Positions 1 to 9,377 of a stretch of 50,432 nt of DNA are shown one piece after another. Where the stretch lies: contig JALWYS010000127.1 in NCBI GenBank assembly GCA_027003115.1, positions 1-50,432 on the forward strand, read 5' to 3'. The stretch is from Deltaproteobacteria bacterium. Its GTDB lineage: Bacteria; Desulfobacterota; Dissulfuribacteria; Dissulfuribacterales; QOAL01. Both the position numbers and the translations under genes were made by a program. Position 1 is the stretch's first letter. The number at the start of each line of letters is the position of its first letter. The notes under the pieces are model-generated. The model was given only the letters and a program-made list of their open reading frames with translations, had not been told where the DNA came from and made no database searches.

Positions 1-10
1 CCATCTGTTT

Positions 11-550
11 TCATGCTGCACAGGCAAAATCATATACCTCATCTGGAGTCTTGTAAGACAGACCTTGATGGAACCTCTCCTGGTTGTAAAGCTTGAACCA
101 GGAGGTCAGTCCTTTTTTCAGTTCTGGGACTGAATTAAACTCCTTGATGTAGATAAGCTCATATTTGAGGCTTCGCCACAGCCTCTCAATGAAGATATTG
201 TCTGTGAAACAGCCCTTACCATCCATGCTGATACGGATATCATGGCTTTTTAGAACGCTTGTAAAGTCCTTGCTGGTAAACTGGCATCCCTGATCCGAGT
301 TGAATATCTCTGGACAGCCATACAAGGCCAGGGCTCGTTCAAGGCAGCTAACGCAAAACTCCGTGTCCAAAGTGTTCGAAATGCTCCATGCCAGCACTTT
401 TCTGCTGTACCAGTCCATGATTACGCACAGATACATAAAACCTCCAGGGGCAAGTAATGGTGGGAACTTTTCGGGGTCGTGTGACAAGGTCGTTTTAAAT
501 CCCTCTTTTGCCGTGCCGAGCACGGAAGACTTGGAGTCCCAAAAAGCCAC
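11..550 (-). mobile_element. IS3-family transposase OrfB remnant (rve/DDE core only, 5'-truncated, probably inactive)
   Basis: The 179-aa ORF has YLCVIMDWYSRKVLAW, NSDQGCQFTS (second Asp of DDE), ERLWRSLKYE (Glu) and C-terminal YNQERFHQGL, the usual IS3 OrfB layout. The W-x-TDITY first-Asp segment and orfA are absent. An in-frame TGA lies at 620-622 just upstream. Confidence 0.75.
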
Positions 551-758
551 GAAGGGGTGGCGGGACGATTACGCCACCGCCCAGTTGGCCATGGATGATC
601 CCTTTGAACGGCCTGGACTTCAAGACTTTCGCGCGCAGGAGTCAAGCGGCAACTGGGCGCCCTTTTCTTTGGTTAGTTTCTTTTGGGCGAAGTGAACTTC
701 AGTTGCACAAAATGAAAAAAGGCCACAGACTTAACCCCGTAACCTCCTTTTGAAATTC

Positions 759-836
759 TGGGGTGAGCGGAGGGACTTGAACCCTCGGCCTCCGGGGCCA
801 CAACCCGACGCTCTAACCAACTGAGCTACGCCCACC
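759..836 (-). tRNA. tRNA-His (anticodon GTG)
   Basis: The reverse complement folds as a cloverleaf. It has G-1 plus acceptor GTGGGCG/CGCTCAC and D arm GCTC-AGTTGGTTA-GAGC. The anticodon arm is TCGGG-TTGTGGC-CCCGG (GTG) and the T arm is GAGGG-TTCAAGT-CCCTC. Discriminator C pairs with G-1, and CCA is encoded. Confidence 0.9.
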
Positions 837-867
837 ACTGTATTCTATTATTGTCGGAAACAGCCTG

Positions 868-909
868 TATTTAATGTGTCAGGGCCCTGGTGTCAAGACT
901 GTGTCAAGA
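868..909 (-). promoter_or_regulatory. sigma-70-type promoter for tRNA-His with a tandem -35 duplication
   Basis: On the minus strand, TTGACA (891-896) is followed by a 17-nt spacer and TAAATA (868-873), about 25-30 nt upstream of the tRNA 5' end. Plus-strand GTGTCAAGA occurs twice (890-898 and 901-909), giving two -35-like boxes. Confidence 0.35.
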
Positions 910-911
910 GG

Positions 912-3900
912 CTATTTCAAGCTGAGACGCACCCCCAAAATTCCGGCCTTGTTCTGGGCAGACAGGCCTTCTGGAGCCACCAGAAAGATTCGCTCCTGTT
1001 CCACCTTCCCCTGCCGTATCAGATAATTGGCTACAGCCTTGGCCCTTTCGCTGGCCAATATTTTTAGATCTCCTCCGGTCACTGAAATATGCTCCTTTAG
1101 CATCTTTTCCATAACATCCCTTGGCTGGGACTTTATCATGCCTATAAAATTTCTTGGCCGTTTAAAGGATGCGTTTTTATATGCCTTTTCAAGATACTTT
1201 TCATATTCGCTGTCATCTATCTCCATATCATCAATATTTTCAATCTCTTCACGTTCCGCATTTGGCAGATCCTTAAACTTTTCCTTTTTCAATAGGTGCA
1301 TGAACTTTCTTTCAAGAAGGCCCTTCTTATCCGCCTCAGGATCAAAGTAACCCGTGACTTCAACCTTTAGCGCAGGCCTATCCCGCAGGGCCTTTGCCAA
1401 GATATCGAGTTTCTTTCTTGCCTTGTCGTCAAGCTTTGAAAGGCCTGGCTGGAAGGCCACAGAATCAAGCTTCTCATCTGAGCCAAGAACAGCCCCCAGA
1501 AGGGAAAAGGGTGCGGTGGCTGCCTTTATGAATATGTTCATTATGGCCCTAAGAACCGCACCTCGGTAACTAAATTCAGGATCATCAAGCTCACCCCTTA
1601 CGGGTATATCAAGATCTATCTTGCCACTTCTGTCCTTTAGAAGGGCAATGGCAAGCTTTATTGGAGCATTGATGGCGTCCTTACTTTCTACGTGGCTTCC
1701 AAGGTCAAAGCGATCCAGCACCAATCTGTTGTCAACATAAAGTTTATTACCGTTAAGCTTTATATGTAGGTCAAGAAACATCTTTCCCCTTTCTATCTGG
1801 TAACCAAGAAAACGCTGGGCATACGGGGAAAAACGGGTCATGCCAGCGCCCCCTATTTTTACAGTAAGATCAGCAAAAAGAGGCTTTGCAAGTGGGCTTA
1901 CCTCGCCAGTAACTAAGGCCTTTGAACGGTTATCCACAAGGGCGGTTATGTCCACCTTTGCCTTCATTCCCGGCCTGTTTTCAAGGCCTGAAATCTTGCC
2001 ATTAATAGAGTCAAATTCGCGCACAAAGACCTGTTTGACGCTTCTATCAACAATCCTTATTTTGCACGATTCAAACCTTACCTTCCCTATTTTTATGACA
2101 GGTCTTTCTGTATCTTTCTTAGATGTCCTGTTGCCTTTGGAGATCTTTCCTCTTTTGGATGTCTTTTGTTGGGTTTTTTCGTCCTTTTCAGTTTTTAAGA
2201 TACTTGCAATGTTTGAGTTACCATCCTTGAAGATGATGATATTCTGTTTCACCTTGTTTAAAACGATCTCCTTTATGTCCACCTTTAGTGGTTCGTATCC
2301 GATGGAAAAGTTGTTGATGGCGATCTCCCGCCACTTGGTAAGGGGTTCCTGGGTCCTTTTTCCGAAAAGAAGCACGTTTTGGATCTTTGTGGTCCCCTTT
2401 GCAGAAAAGATGTTCCTGTTTTCTTCCTTTTGAAACGAGGCCGTGGCCTTGAGGGATAGGTGCCCTCTTCCAAGCTCTAAGTTTAGATGGGGAGAGACAT
2501 ACCCCTGAAAAGGAGGCAGGGGCACATTTGAGGCCATGATATTTGCCTGAAGGCCAAGAGTTGAAAGCTGTCCTGTGCCGTCAAGTTTTATAAGGCCCGC
2601 TTTGTTGACCTGTGTCTTGGCTGTAAAATTAAATTTGCTTCCCTTTTTGGTTGAAATATCCTTGACTTCGGTCTCAAGGCCTGTGAAATGAAGTTTTACC
2701 GCCTTGGGCATGGAACTATCAGTAAATTCCACCTGGGCCTTTTCTATTTTAAAGGCAGCAAGATGAAACAATATTTCCTTTACTTCTTCCTTCTTTGACT
2801 TTTCATCCTCACTTGTTCCTTCACCTTCTTTCTTGGCAGATGAAGAATCAGAGACCAGGAACGAATAGAATCTATCAATGTTTGAAGTGCCGTCTTTTTG
2901 CATAAAAAAACGCAGAAGAGGCCCGTGAATATTGACTGAACTGACATCTATCTTTCCATTTAAAAGGTCGATATCCACACCTGATACGTCTGTTTTGGGA
3001 ACTGTAAGAAAACCTTTGCCCCCTGCTTTTTCTATGTTCTTTGAACCTGCGCCTTTTTGATTGGATGAAATCTTTTTGCTTCCACCTGAGACTTCCCTTA
3101 GAACCAGGCCACTTAGCGTGGCACCAAATGCTATTTTTTTTGAAAAAAGCCTTGAAGGTTTAAGATTAAGCTCTAGGGCCTTTAGAGTAACAAGCCTTGT
3201 ACCCATCTTATCTATTGCCACATCCTTCAAGGTAGCATTTCCGCTTAGTATGATGGTTGGATTTTTCTTTTCAGTAAAATGAATAGAAAGATTCGTATCG
3301 AGGCTTCCTTTTCTAAGCTTAAGCCCCATTATGTCGGGCATGTAGGCAAGGTAGTGCGGAATATCTATGTTGGTGAACTTAAGATCAATTATTGTATCCT
3401 TGTCATTTGCAAAGGGCCTTGTCTGTCCCTTAAAGGCAACGGGGCTTCCGTTGATTACGGCAGAAAAATAGGGCTTGACATAGATCTTTACCTTTTGATC
3501 CATGTTGGAGATGAAGGGAACGCCGATGTTTATCTTTTCCGCCTTGTGAACGCTGTTTTTGAGCCTGTCGTCGAATACGAATCTGCCGTTTTTTATTTCA
3601 ATGTTGTTTATGGAAAACTTAAAGGACTTTTCTTCTTCCTCAGACTTTTTTTCTTCTTTTTTCCCAGAAAGAAGGTCTTCTATGGTTAGTCTCCCCTTAC
3701 TATCCCTTTGGAGAAAAATCGAAGGCGAATCAACCTTAAGGCGTGAAACAATAAGGGCCATCTTCAAAAGGGAGAGGGCCTCAACATTAACGTCCAGGTC
3801 ATTAACCTTTAAAAGCCTCTTTCCCTTGGCCCTGGAACCTACCTCCAGGCCTTTTATGTTCAGGTGAAGCTTAAAGGGATTAAACGAAACCTCCTTGAGC

Positions 3901-4076
3901 CTTACCTCCCTGTGAAGGCCTTCGGGCGCCTTTTCAACCAAAACGTACCTGACAATCTTAGGAACGGCCCAAAAACCGAACAGAGTATAGGCCACCAAGA
4001 CAACCAGGGTCCAAATTGTAATTTTTGCAAATAAATTTAATGAGCGATAGCTTGAAATAATACCACCTCTTCCCAT
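912..4076 (-). CDS. Large membrane-anchored DUF748/AsmA-like protein (1054 aa)
   Basis: Uninterrupted 1054-aa ORF with an N-terminal TM helix (ITIWTLVVLVAYTLFGFWAV). The body is long, beta-rich and Lys/Glu-rich. The C-terminal segment LDILAKALRDRPALKVEVTGYFDP...RAKAVANYLIRQGKVEQERIFL resembles the DUF748 / OmpA-C-like tail. Family assignment is from memory of the family, not a search. Confidence 0.65.
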   Translation of the reverse strand: MGRGGIISSYRSLNLFAKITIWTLVVLVAYTLFGFWAVPKIVRYVLVEKAPEGLHREVRLKEVSFNPFKLHLNIKGLEVGSRAKGKRLLKVNDLDVNVEALSLLKMALIVSRLKVDSPSIFLQRDSKGRLTIEDLLSGKKEEKKSEEEEKSFKFSINNIEIKNGRFVFDDRLKNSVHKAEKINIGVPFISNMDQKVKIYVKPYFSAVINGSPVAFKGQTRPFANDKDTIIDLKFTNIDIPHYLAYMPDIMGLKLRKGSLDTNLSIHFTEKKNPTIILSGNATLKDVAIDKMGTRLVTLKALELNLKPSRLFSKKIAFGATLSGLVLREVSGGSKKISSNQKGAGSKNIEKAGGKGFLTVPKTDVSGVDIDLLNGKIDVSSVNIHGPLLRFFMQKDGTSNIDRFYSFLVSDSSSAKKEGEGTSEDEKSKKEEVKEILFHLAAFKIEKAQVEFTDSSMPKAVKLHFTGLETEVKDISTKKGSKFNFTAKTQVNKAGLIKLDGTGQLSTLGLQANIMASNVPLPPFQGYVSPHLNLELGRGHLSLKATASFQKEENRNIFSAKGTTKIQNVLLFGKRTQEPLTKWREIAINNFSIGYEPLKVDIKEIVLNKVKQNIIIFKDGNSNIASILKTEKDEKTQQKTSKRGKISKGNRTSKKDTERPVIKIGKVRFESCKIRIVDRSVKQVFVREFDSINGKISGLENRPGMKAKVDITALVDNRSKALVTGEVSPLAKPLFADLTVKIGGAGMTRFSPYAQRFLGYQIERGKMFLDLHIKLNGNKLYVDNRLVLDRFDLGSHVESKDAINAPIKLAIALLKDRSGKIDLDIPVRGELDDPEFSYRGAVLRAIMNIFIKAATAPFSLLGAVLGSDEKLDSVAFQPGLSKLDDKARKKLDILAKALRDRPALKVEVTGYFDPEADKKGLLERKFMHLLKKEKFKDLPNAEREEIENIDDMEIDDSEYEKYLEKAYKNASFKRPRNFIGMIKSQPRDVMEKMLKEHISVTGGDLKILASERAKAVANYLIRQGKVEQERIFLVAPEGLSAQNKAGILGVRLSLK

Positions 4077-4162
4077 AATGTGGTTATTTTAAAGGTTTTT
4101 TTAAAAAAACAAAGCAAAAACTTTGGTGTACTTTTATACAGGTAAAGGTAACTATTGCTTTC

Positions 4163-4191
4163 TTGTAGGTCTTTTCAAAAACACTTATAAT
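4163..4191 (+). promoter_or_regulatory. candidate sigma-70 promoter for the EF-G paralog
   Basis: TTGTAG (4163-4168), a 17-nt spacer, then perfect TATAAT (4186-4191), 36 nt upstream of ATG 4227. Confidence 0.3.
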
Positions 4192-4226
4192 GGCCGCTAC
4201 TTCTTATTGACAGGGGCACTTTTACC

Positions 4227-6266
4227 ATGGCTACGGACAACGAAATCAAACGGATTAGAAATATAGGAATCATAGCCCATATTGACGCTGGCAAAACCAC
4301 GCTTACCGAGCGAATTCTCTATTACACGGGAAAGACCCACAAGATTGGAGAGGTACACGACGGCCAGGCCACCATGGACTGGATGCCGGAAGAGCAGGAA
4401 AGGGGCATCACCATTACCTCTGCCGTTACCACTTGTTTCTGGAAGGGCAAAGAGATCCACATCATAGACACCCCCGGACACGTTGACTTTACCATAGAGG
4501 TGGAAAGGTCCCTGAGGGTGCTTGACGGAGCACTTGGGGTATTTTGTGCAGTGGGAGGCGTAGAGCCCCAGTCTGAGACTGTCTGGCACCAGGCCGATAA
4601 GTACAGGGTTCCCAAGATGGCCTTTGTAAATAAGATGGACCGTCTGGGAGCAGATTTTTGGCGGGTTGTGGAAGAGCTGCGTGACAGGCTTGGGGCAAAC
4701 CCCCTGGTCATGAACATTCCCCTTGGCGCAGAAGACGGCTTTAAAGGTGTATTCGACCTGGTAAAGCAAAAGCTCATCGTCTGGGATGAGGCCACGGAAG
4801 GCAGGGAATTTCAGGAGCTTGATATCCCGGATGAACACAAAGAATACGTCCAAAATGGCAGGGAACAGCTTCTTGAGGCCTTGTCTGAGCTGGATGATGA
4901 GATAATGGAGCTTTACCTGTCAGAGGAAGAGATTCCTGAAAAAAAGATACACGAGGTGGTCAGAAAGGCGTGTCTTTCCCTTAAGGGAGTGCCTGTTTTT
5001 TGCGGATCCGCCCTTAAAAACAAGGGGGTTCAGCCAGTTCTTGACGCCATTGGCAGATACCTGCCAAGTCCCCTTGATATCCCACCTGTTAAGGGAATAA
5101 ACCCAAAGACTGGAGAAGAAGAAACAAGAAAGGCAAGTGTTAAGGAACCTCTTTCCGCCTTGGCCTTCAAGGTCCAGATGGACCAGGGAAGAAAGATGAC
5201 CTTTGTGCGCGTTTACAGCGGTGTAATGCATTCCGGGGAAGAGGTGTGGAACGCCACCAAGGAAAAGAAGGAAAAGATTGCACGCCTCCTCAGAATGCAT
5301 GCCAACAAAAGGGAACGCATCAAGGAAGCAGGGGCTGGGCAGATTGTGGCCGTAATGGGGCTTAAACTTGCAGCCACCGGGGACACCCTTTGTGACCCGG
5401 AACATCCCATTATCCTGGAATCAATAGAAACATACCAGCCGGTCATATCCGTTGCAGTGGAGCCAAAATCCACCCAGGATCAGGAAAAGATAGAGGCTGC
5501 CCTTTCAAAACTTGCAGAAGAAGACCCTACCTTCAAGGTAAAGGTGGACGAAGAAACCGGCCAGACCATCATCTCTGGCATGGGTGAGCTTCACCTCGAG
5601 GTTCTCACCCAGAGGCTTTTAAGGGAATTCAAGGTGCCGGTCAGGGTGGGAAAGCCTCAGGTTGTTTACAGGGAAACCATTTCCAAGGAGGCCTCTGTTA
5701 CGGAAAGATTCGACAAGGAGATTGGTGGAACAAGGCAGGTTGCCACTGTGGAACTTGTTGTAAAACCCAGGGAAAGGGGCCAGGGTAATCTTGTGCGAAG
5801 TGAACTACCAGAAGATGCCTTGCCGGAGGGTTATGAGGAGCAAATAATTGAAACCCTGAAACAGGGGCTTGAAAGCGGTGTTCTCCAGGGTTTTCCAATG
5901 ATAGACGTTGAAGTGGTACTTAAGGACGTAAAGTATGAGGAAGGGCTTTCTTCAGAAATCGCCTTCAGGGCCGCGGCCTCCATGGCCCTTAAAAAGGCCT
6001 GCCAGAAGGCTGATCCTGTACTTCTTGAGCCAAAGATGCTGGTAGAGGTCATCACCCCTGAAAACTTCATGGGAGACGTCATTGGAGACCTTAACGCCAG
6101 GGGAGGAAAGGTGGAAAGCATAGAGCCAAGGGGAAACGTACAGGTGATAAAGGCCATTGTGCCCCTTTCAAGGATGTTTGGCTACTCCACAGCCCTTCGT
6201 TCTGCTACCCAGGGAAGGGCCAATTTCACCATGGTCTTTTCCCATTACGATCCTGTTTCTGAATAA
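4227..6266 (+). CDS. fusA: Elongation factor G (stand-alone paralog, 679 aa)
   Basis: G1 [22 protein letters not shown] and NKMD motifs are present, with full-length domains II-V ([28 protein letters not shown]). It is not in an rpsL-rpsG-fusA-tuf context. Confidence 0.93.
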   Translation: MATDNEIKRIRNIGIIAHIDAGKTTLTERILYYTGKTHKIGEVHDGQATMDWMPEEQERGITITSAVTTCFWKGKEIHIIDTPGHVDFTIEVERSLRVLDGALGVFCAVGGVEPQSETVWHQADKYRVPKMAFVNKMDRLGADFWRVVEELRDRLGANPLVMNIPLGAEDGFKGVFDLVKQKLIVWDEATEGREFQELDIPDEHKEYVQNGREQLLEALSELDDEIMELYLSEEEIPEKKIHEVVRKACLSLKGVPVFCGSALKNKGVQPVLDAIGRYLPSPLDIPPVKGINPKTGEEETRKASVKEPLSALAFKVQMDQGRKMTFVRVYSGVMHSGEEVWNATKEKKEKIARLLRMHANKRERIKEAGAGQIVAVMGLKLAATGDTLCDPEHPIILESIETYQPVISVAVEPKSTQDQEKIEAALSKLAEEDPTFKVKVDEETGQTIISGMGELHLEVLTQRLLREFKVPVRVGKPQVVYRETISKEASVTERFDKEIGGTRQVATVELVVKPRERGQGNLVRSELPEDALPEGYEEQIIETLKQGLESGVLQGFPMIDVEVVLKDVKYEEGLSSEIAFRAAASMALKKACQKADPVLLEPKMLVEVITPENFMGDVIGDLNARGGKVESIEPRGNVQVIKAIVPLSRMFGYSTALRSATQGRANFTMVFSHYDPVSE

Positions 6267-6373
6267 ATTGCCAAGGCATTTTATGTTTCTGTTCATAAAG
6301 AGGTTTATCCAGTTGAAACCCAAGGGAAATTGTTCTACTTATCTAGAAAATTTGCGAAAGGAGCCTATTAAAA

Positions 6374-6937
6374 GTGTACGAATCTTCCGACCTAAGAAAG
6401 GGATTAAAGATAATAATAGACGGACAGCCCTATATAATAACCGACTTTCAGTTTTCAAAGCCTGGAAAGGGGCAGGCCCTTTACCGCTGCAAGCTTAAGA
6501 ACATGATAACAGGCTATACCATGGACAGGACATACCGTTCCGGTGACAAGTTTGAACCTGCCAACCTGGAAGAGCGCCGGATGCAGTACCTTTACAACGA
6601 CGCCGAGGGCTACCACTTCATGGACACCAAGACATACGACCAGGTGACACTTACTGAAGAAAACATTGGAGAGGCAAAAAACTTCCTGCAGGACAACATG
6701 GAGGTTGACGTACTCTTCTTTAACGAAACCCCCATAAGCATAAACCTTCCAAACTTTGTGCAGCTGAAGGTGGTTAAGGCGGATCCAGGCGTTAAGGGGG
6801 ATACTGCAACCGGTGCCACAAAGCCTGCTACACTGGAGACGGGCTACACAATACAGGTTCCCCTCTTTATTGAAGAGGGAGATATCCTCAAGATAGATAC
6901 GCGGACCGGTCAGTACGTGGAAAGGGTCAAGGCCTGA
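6374..6937 (+). CDS. efp: Elongation factor P
   Basis: 187 aa with a GTG start. It begins MYESSDLRKGLKIIIDGQPY and carries the SKPGKGQA loop with the modifiable Lys. Length and C-terminal domain are typical of EF-P. Confidence 0.95.
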   Translation: MYESSDLRKGLKIIIDGQPYIITDFQFSKPGKGQALYRCKLKNMITGYTMDRTYRSGDKFEPANLEERRMQYLYNDAEGYHFMDTKTYDQVTLTEENIGEAKNFLQDNMEVDVLFFNETPISINLPNFVQLKVVKADPGVKGDTATGATKPATLETGYTIQVPLFIEEGDILKIDTRTGQYVERVKA

Positions 6938-7869
6938 CATCCAAAACAAAACTCCAATTAAAACCCAGGGATATAATCCTTGCCCGCCATATTCTTTTAA
7001 AGACCCTCAGAGGCTGGTTCTATGAAAAGGGCTTTCTGGAGGCACAGGTTCCCAGCTCGGCAAAGGAGGCCATTCCAGAGGCAACAATTGAACTTTTCAC
7101 CATAGAAGATAGCGACGGGCCAAGGTTTCTCCTCCCCTCCCCTGAAGTGTATCTTAAACCACTTCTTGCCCAAGGCCTTGAGCGTTTCTTTCACATTGGG
7201 CCTGCCTTCAGAAAAGGAGAACATGGACGCATCCATGCCACTGAGTTCACCATCCTTGAGTGGTACAGGGCATTTTCCGATTTTAGCGACCTTATTTCAG
7301 ACTGCATTGACCTTATCTCCTCAGTTTTTAAGGCGTTTTCAAACGGCAACCTTCCCGTCACACTCCCCCTCCAGCCAGAAAATATCAGGTGCCAGCTCAA
7401 GATATTCTCCATTGAAGAGGTGTTTTCCACCTTTGCCGGCTGGAACCCTGTTGAGGAAAAGGATGAGCGCCGCTTTGAACAAGACCTGGTGGAAAAGATC
7501 GAGCCGGCCATTGCCAAGCATCCCGTAGTAATTCTTAAGGACTACCCTTCCTGGGCCGCCTCCCTTTCAAGAATAAGCGAGAAAGACAGACGGATTTGTG
7601 AAAGATTCGAGCTCTACCTTGGAGGAATGGAGCTGGCCAACGGATTTTCAGAGCTCGTGAACTCCCAGGAACAAAGGATTAGGTTCCAGGAAGAGAACAA
7701 AAAACGTGTCTCCCTGGGCCTCAACCCCACTGAAATGCCCAAAGGCTTCCTCTCTGCCCTTGACAGATGCCCCCCGTCGGCAGGAATCGCCCTGGGCGTT
7801 GACCGCCTACTTATGTTTATTCTAAAACCTGAAAGTATAGATCAACTTTTCCCACCCTTTGACATTTAG
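6934..7869 (+). CDS. epmA: EF-P--(R)-beta-lysine ligase (EpmA/GenX/PoxA, truncated class II LysRS paralog); start codon uncertain
   Basis: Class II motifs are present: FFHIGPAFRKGEHGRIHATEFTILEWY (motif 2) and GIALGVDRLLM (motif 3). The frame is open from 6874. The homologous N-terminal part (ILARHILLKTLRGWFYEKGFLEAQVPS...LPSPEVYLK) lies upstream of the first ATG/GTG/TTG (GTG 7147). The listed start is the in-frame CTG at 6934, which overlaps the efp stop. Confidence 0.8.
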   Translation: MTSKTKLQLKPRDIILARHILLKTLRGWFYEKGFLEAQVPSSAKEAIPEATIELFTIEDSDGPRFLLPSPEVYLKPLLAQGLERFFHIGPAFRKGEHGRIHATEFTILEWYRAFSDFSDLISDCIDLISSVFKAFSNGNLPVTLPLQPENIRCQLKIFSIEEVFSTFAGWNPVEEKDERRFEQDLVEKIEPAIAKHPVVILKDYPSWAASLSRISEKDRRICERFELYLGGMELANGFSELVNSQEQRIRFQEENKKRVSLGLNPTEMPKGFLSALDRCPPSAGIALGVDRLLMFILKPESIDQLFPPFDI

Positions 7870-7923
7870 GCAGCTTGCTTTTTTCACATATCCAACCATC
7901 ATAAATCATCATCTACTCAGGGT

Positions 7924-7939
7924 TGGCAAACTATTTGCT
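7924..7939 (+). promoter_or_regulatory. sigma-54 (-24/-12) promoter
   Basis: TGGCAA-actat-TTGCT compares with the consensus TGGCAC-N5-TTGCW. GG is at 7925-7926 and GC at 7937-7938, 12 nt apart. It lies in the intergenic region 167 nt upstream of ATG 8106. Confidence 0.6.
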
Positions 7940-8105
7940 CTAAAAACTAAATGCCCTGACGAATTAGTCAATTAACCGAACTTTAGCGGCCTTGCAGGAA
8001 AATTTTTTGGCATCCAAACCATAAAAAAACAAAATGTTTTATAAAATTTTTATTTTATCCGATGAGATGTTCAAACAGAAAAAATTAGAAACATTGGAGG
8101 GAACC

Positions 8106-9356
8106 ATGTCGCACTCACCATGGCACAAAGTCATACTGGCTGCTTTTTGCGCCCTTTTCATACTTAGCGGCTGTGGCCAGAAGGTAAAGGAATCTGTTAA
8201 GGCAATTGATTCAACCACTATACGGAATCCATATCCAGGCCCCAAGATAGTGATGCTACCATTTGCTGACTATTCCACAGGCAAACACATTGATGACTCT
8301 CTTAGAAGGCAGGTCAAGATCCAAAACGCCATAACCCATAAACTTGCATCCAAGGGCTATTACCTGCCTGTTGAAGAGGACGTTGTCCAATACCTCATTG
8401 ATCTTGGAGTGATAACGCTGATTGAAGGGCCATCCATAGATTCGGCCAAGGCCCGGAGAAATTTTTACAGAGAACTTGGAACAGGCTGGTCTGACGACAT
8501 GAACAAGGAGATCAAGCAGGTGCTTCTGGCCAATGAGATGGCGAATGGGCCAAGAGAAGAATTCAAGATAAATCGAATTGGACTCAATAAAAACGTCATC
8601 AAGCAGATAGGAGAGTACTTTGGCGCAGATTATGTCTTGAGAGGCAGGATAGTTGAATATGAAATGAGAGAAGGCCAGCAGCTCAATCCGCTTCAGCAAG
8701 GAATTTTGCCCTTCTTCTTCGATTGGACATCAAACACCATTTTCGGCGTTGCCCAGTCTGATCAGTATGACCTGTGGCAGGACCTTGCCATTGGCGGAGC
8801 AATGGGAGCAGGCCTTGGTTCCCAGGCAGACACACCCTTTAACGGACCTAGCGAATCTACAAAGGTGGTTGGTTCCCATCCGAGATTTGCCCATACGGTA
8901 ACCGAAACATCAGGCGGCTATGAGCATTCGGCAGCATACAACGCCGGAGTCTGGGGAGCAGCCGGAATGGCTGCGGCATACCTTGCAGCCAAAGGAGGAC
9001 ACGTCCCCCAGGCAGTCGTGCAGATAAGCCTTGCACTCCAAGATCCAGAGACCGGAGAAGTCATTTGGGCCAACAGGGTAGAAAAGCAGGTTGAGCCAGT
9101 TAGCATGTGGGCCGACTCCTCTGACAGGACACAGATGGATCTGGCAGTTGAAGAGGCAGCCAAGACCCTTCTTGAGGATCTCACCAACACCCTTGCAATG
9201 TGCCCGAAGTGTTCAGAGGCGGCACAGGCAGCAGTGGCCCATAACGAATGTCAGACCGTGACCCTTAAGGCCAAGGTTGCCCCAAGTGGCACCATTCAGG
9301 AAGAGGGCATAGAGGTCGTTAAGGAACCAGCCAACCCAGAAAACCTGGGATCTTAG
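8106..9356 (+). CDS. Lipoprotein with TolB-N/CsgG/LpoB-like core and a Gly/Ala-rich insertion
   Basis: GGAGGG sits 6 nt before ATG 8106. The signal peptide has a lipobox (AAFCALFILSGC). Core motifs are KIVMLPFADYS, ADYVLRGRIVEY and VVQISLALQDPETGEVIWANRV. The insertion has glycine-zipper-like runs (IGGAMGAGLGS, GVWGAAGMAAAYLAAKGG). The tracker start at 8034 is probably too long. Confidence 0.7.
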   Translation: MSHSPWHKVILAAFCALFILSGCGQKVKESVKAIDSTTIRNPYPGPKIVMLPFADYSTGKHIDDSLRRQVKIQNAITHKLASKGYYLPVEEDVVQYLIDLGVITLIEGPSIDSAKARRNFYRELGTGWSDDMNKEIKQVLLANEMANGPREEFKINRIGLNKNVIKQIGEYFGADYVLRGRIVEYEMREGQQLNPLQQGILPFFFDWTSNTIFGVAQSDQYDLWQDLAIGGAMGAGLGSQADTPFNGPSESTKVVGSHPRFAHTVTETSGGYEHSAAYNAGVWGAAGMAAAYLAAKGGHVPQAVVQISLALQDPETGEVIWANRVEKQVEPVSMWADSSDRTQMDLAVEEAAKTLLEDLTNTLAMCPKCSEAAQAAVAHNECQTVTLKAKVAPSGTIQEEGIEVVKEPANPENLGS

Positions 9357-9377
9357 TTCAGAATACAGGAGGATATC

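Noticed and set aside
300-753. Plus-strand ORFs 300-695 and 508-753, and minus-strand ORF 421-645, near the transposase remnant
   Set aside because: They overlap the recognisable IS3 OrfB frame or its degraded upstream region. Their composition is low-complexity and Arg/Pro/Ser-rich, with no motifs. I also looked here for the missing OrfB N-terminus and orfA and found only an in-frame stop at 620-622.
4197-4853. 218-aa and 157-aa minus-strand ORFs inside the EF-G gene
   Set aside because: They are antisense to an unambiguous EF-G coding frame and have no motifs. They are typical shadow ORFs.
8034-8105. Longer N-terminus (MFYKIFILSDEMFKQKKLETLEGT) for the lipoprotein
   Set aside because: This region is AT-rich with no SD. 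ATG 8106 has GGAGGG at ideal spacing and yields a proper lipoprotein signal peptide.
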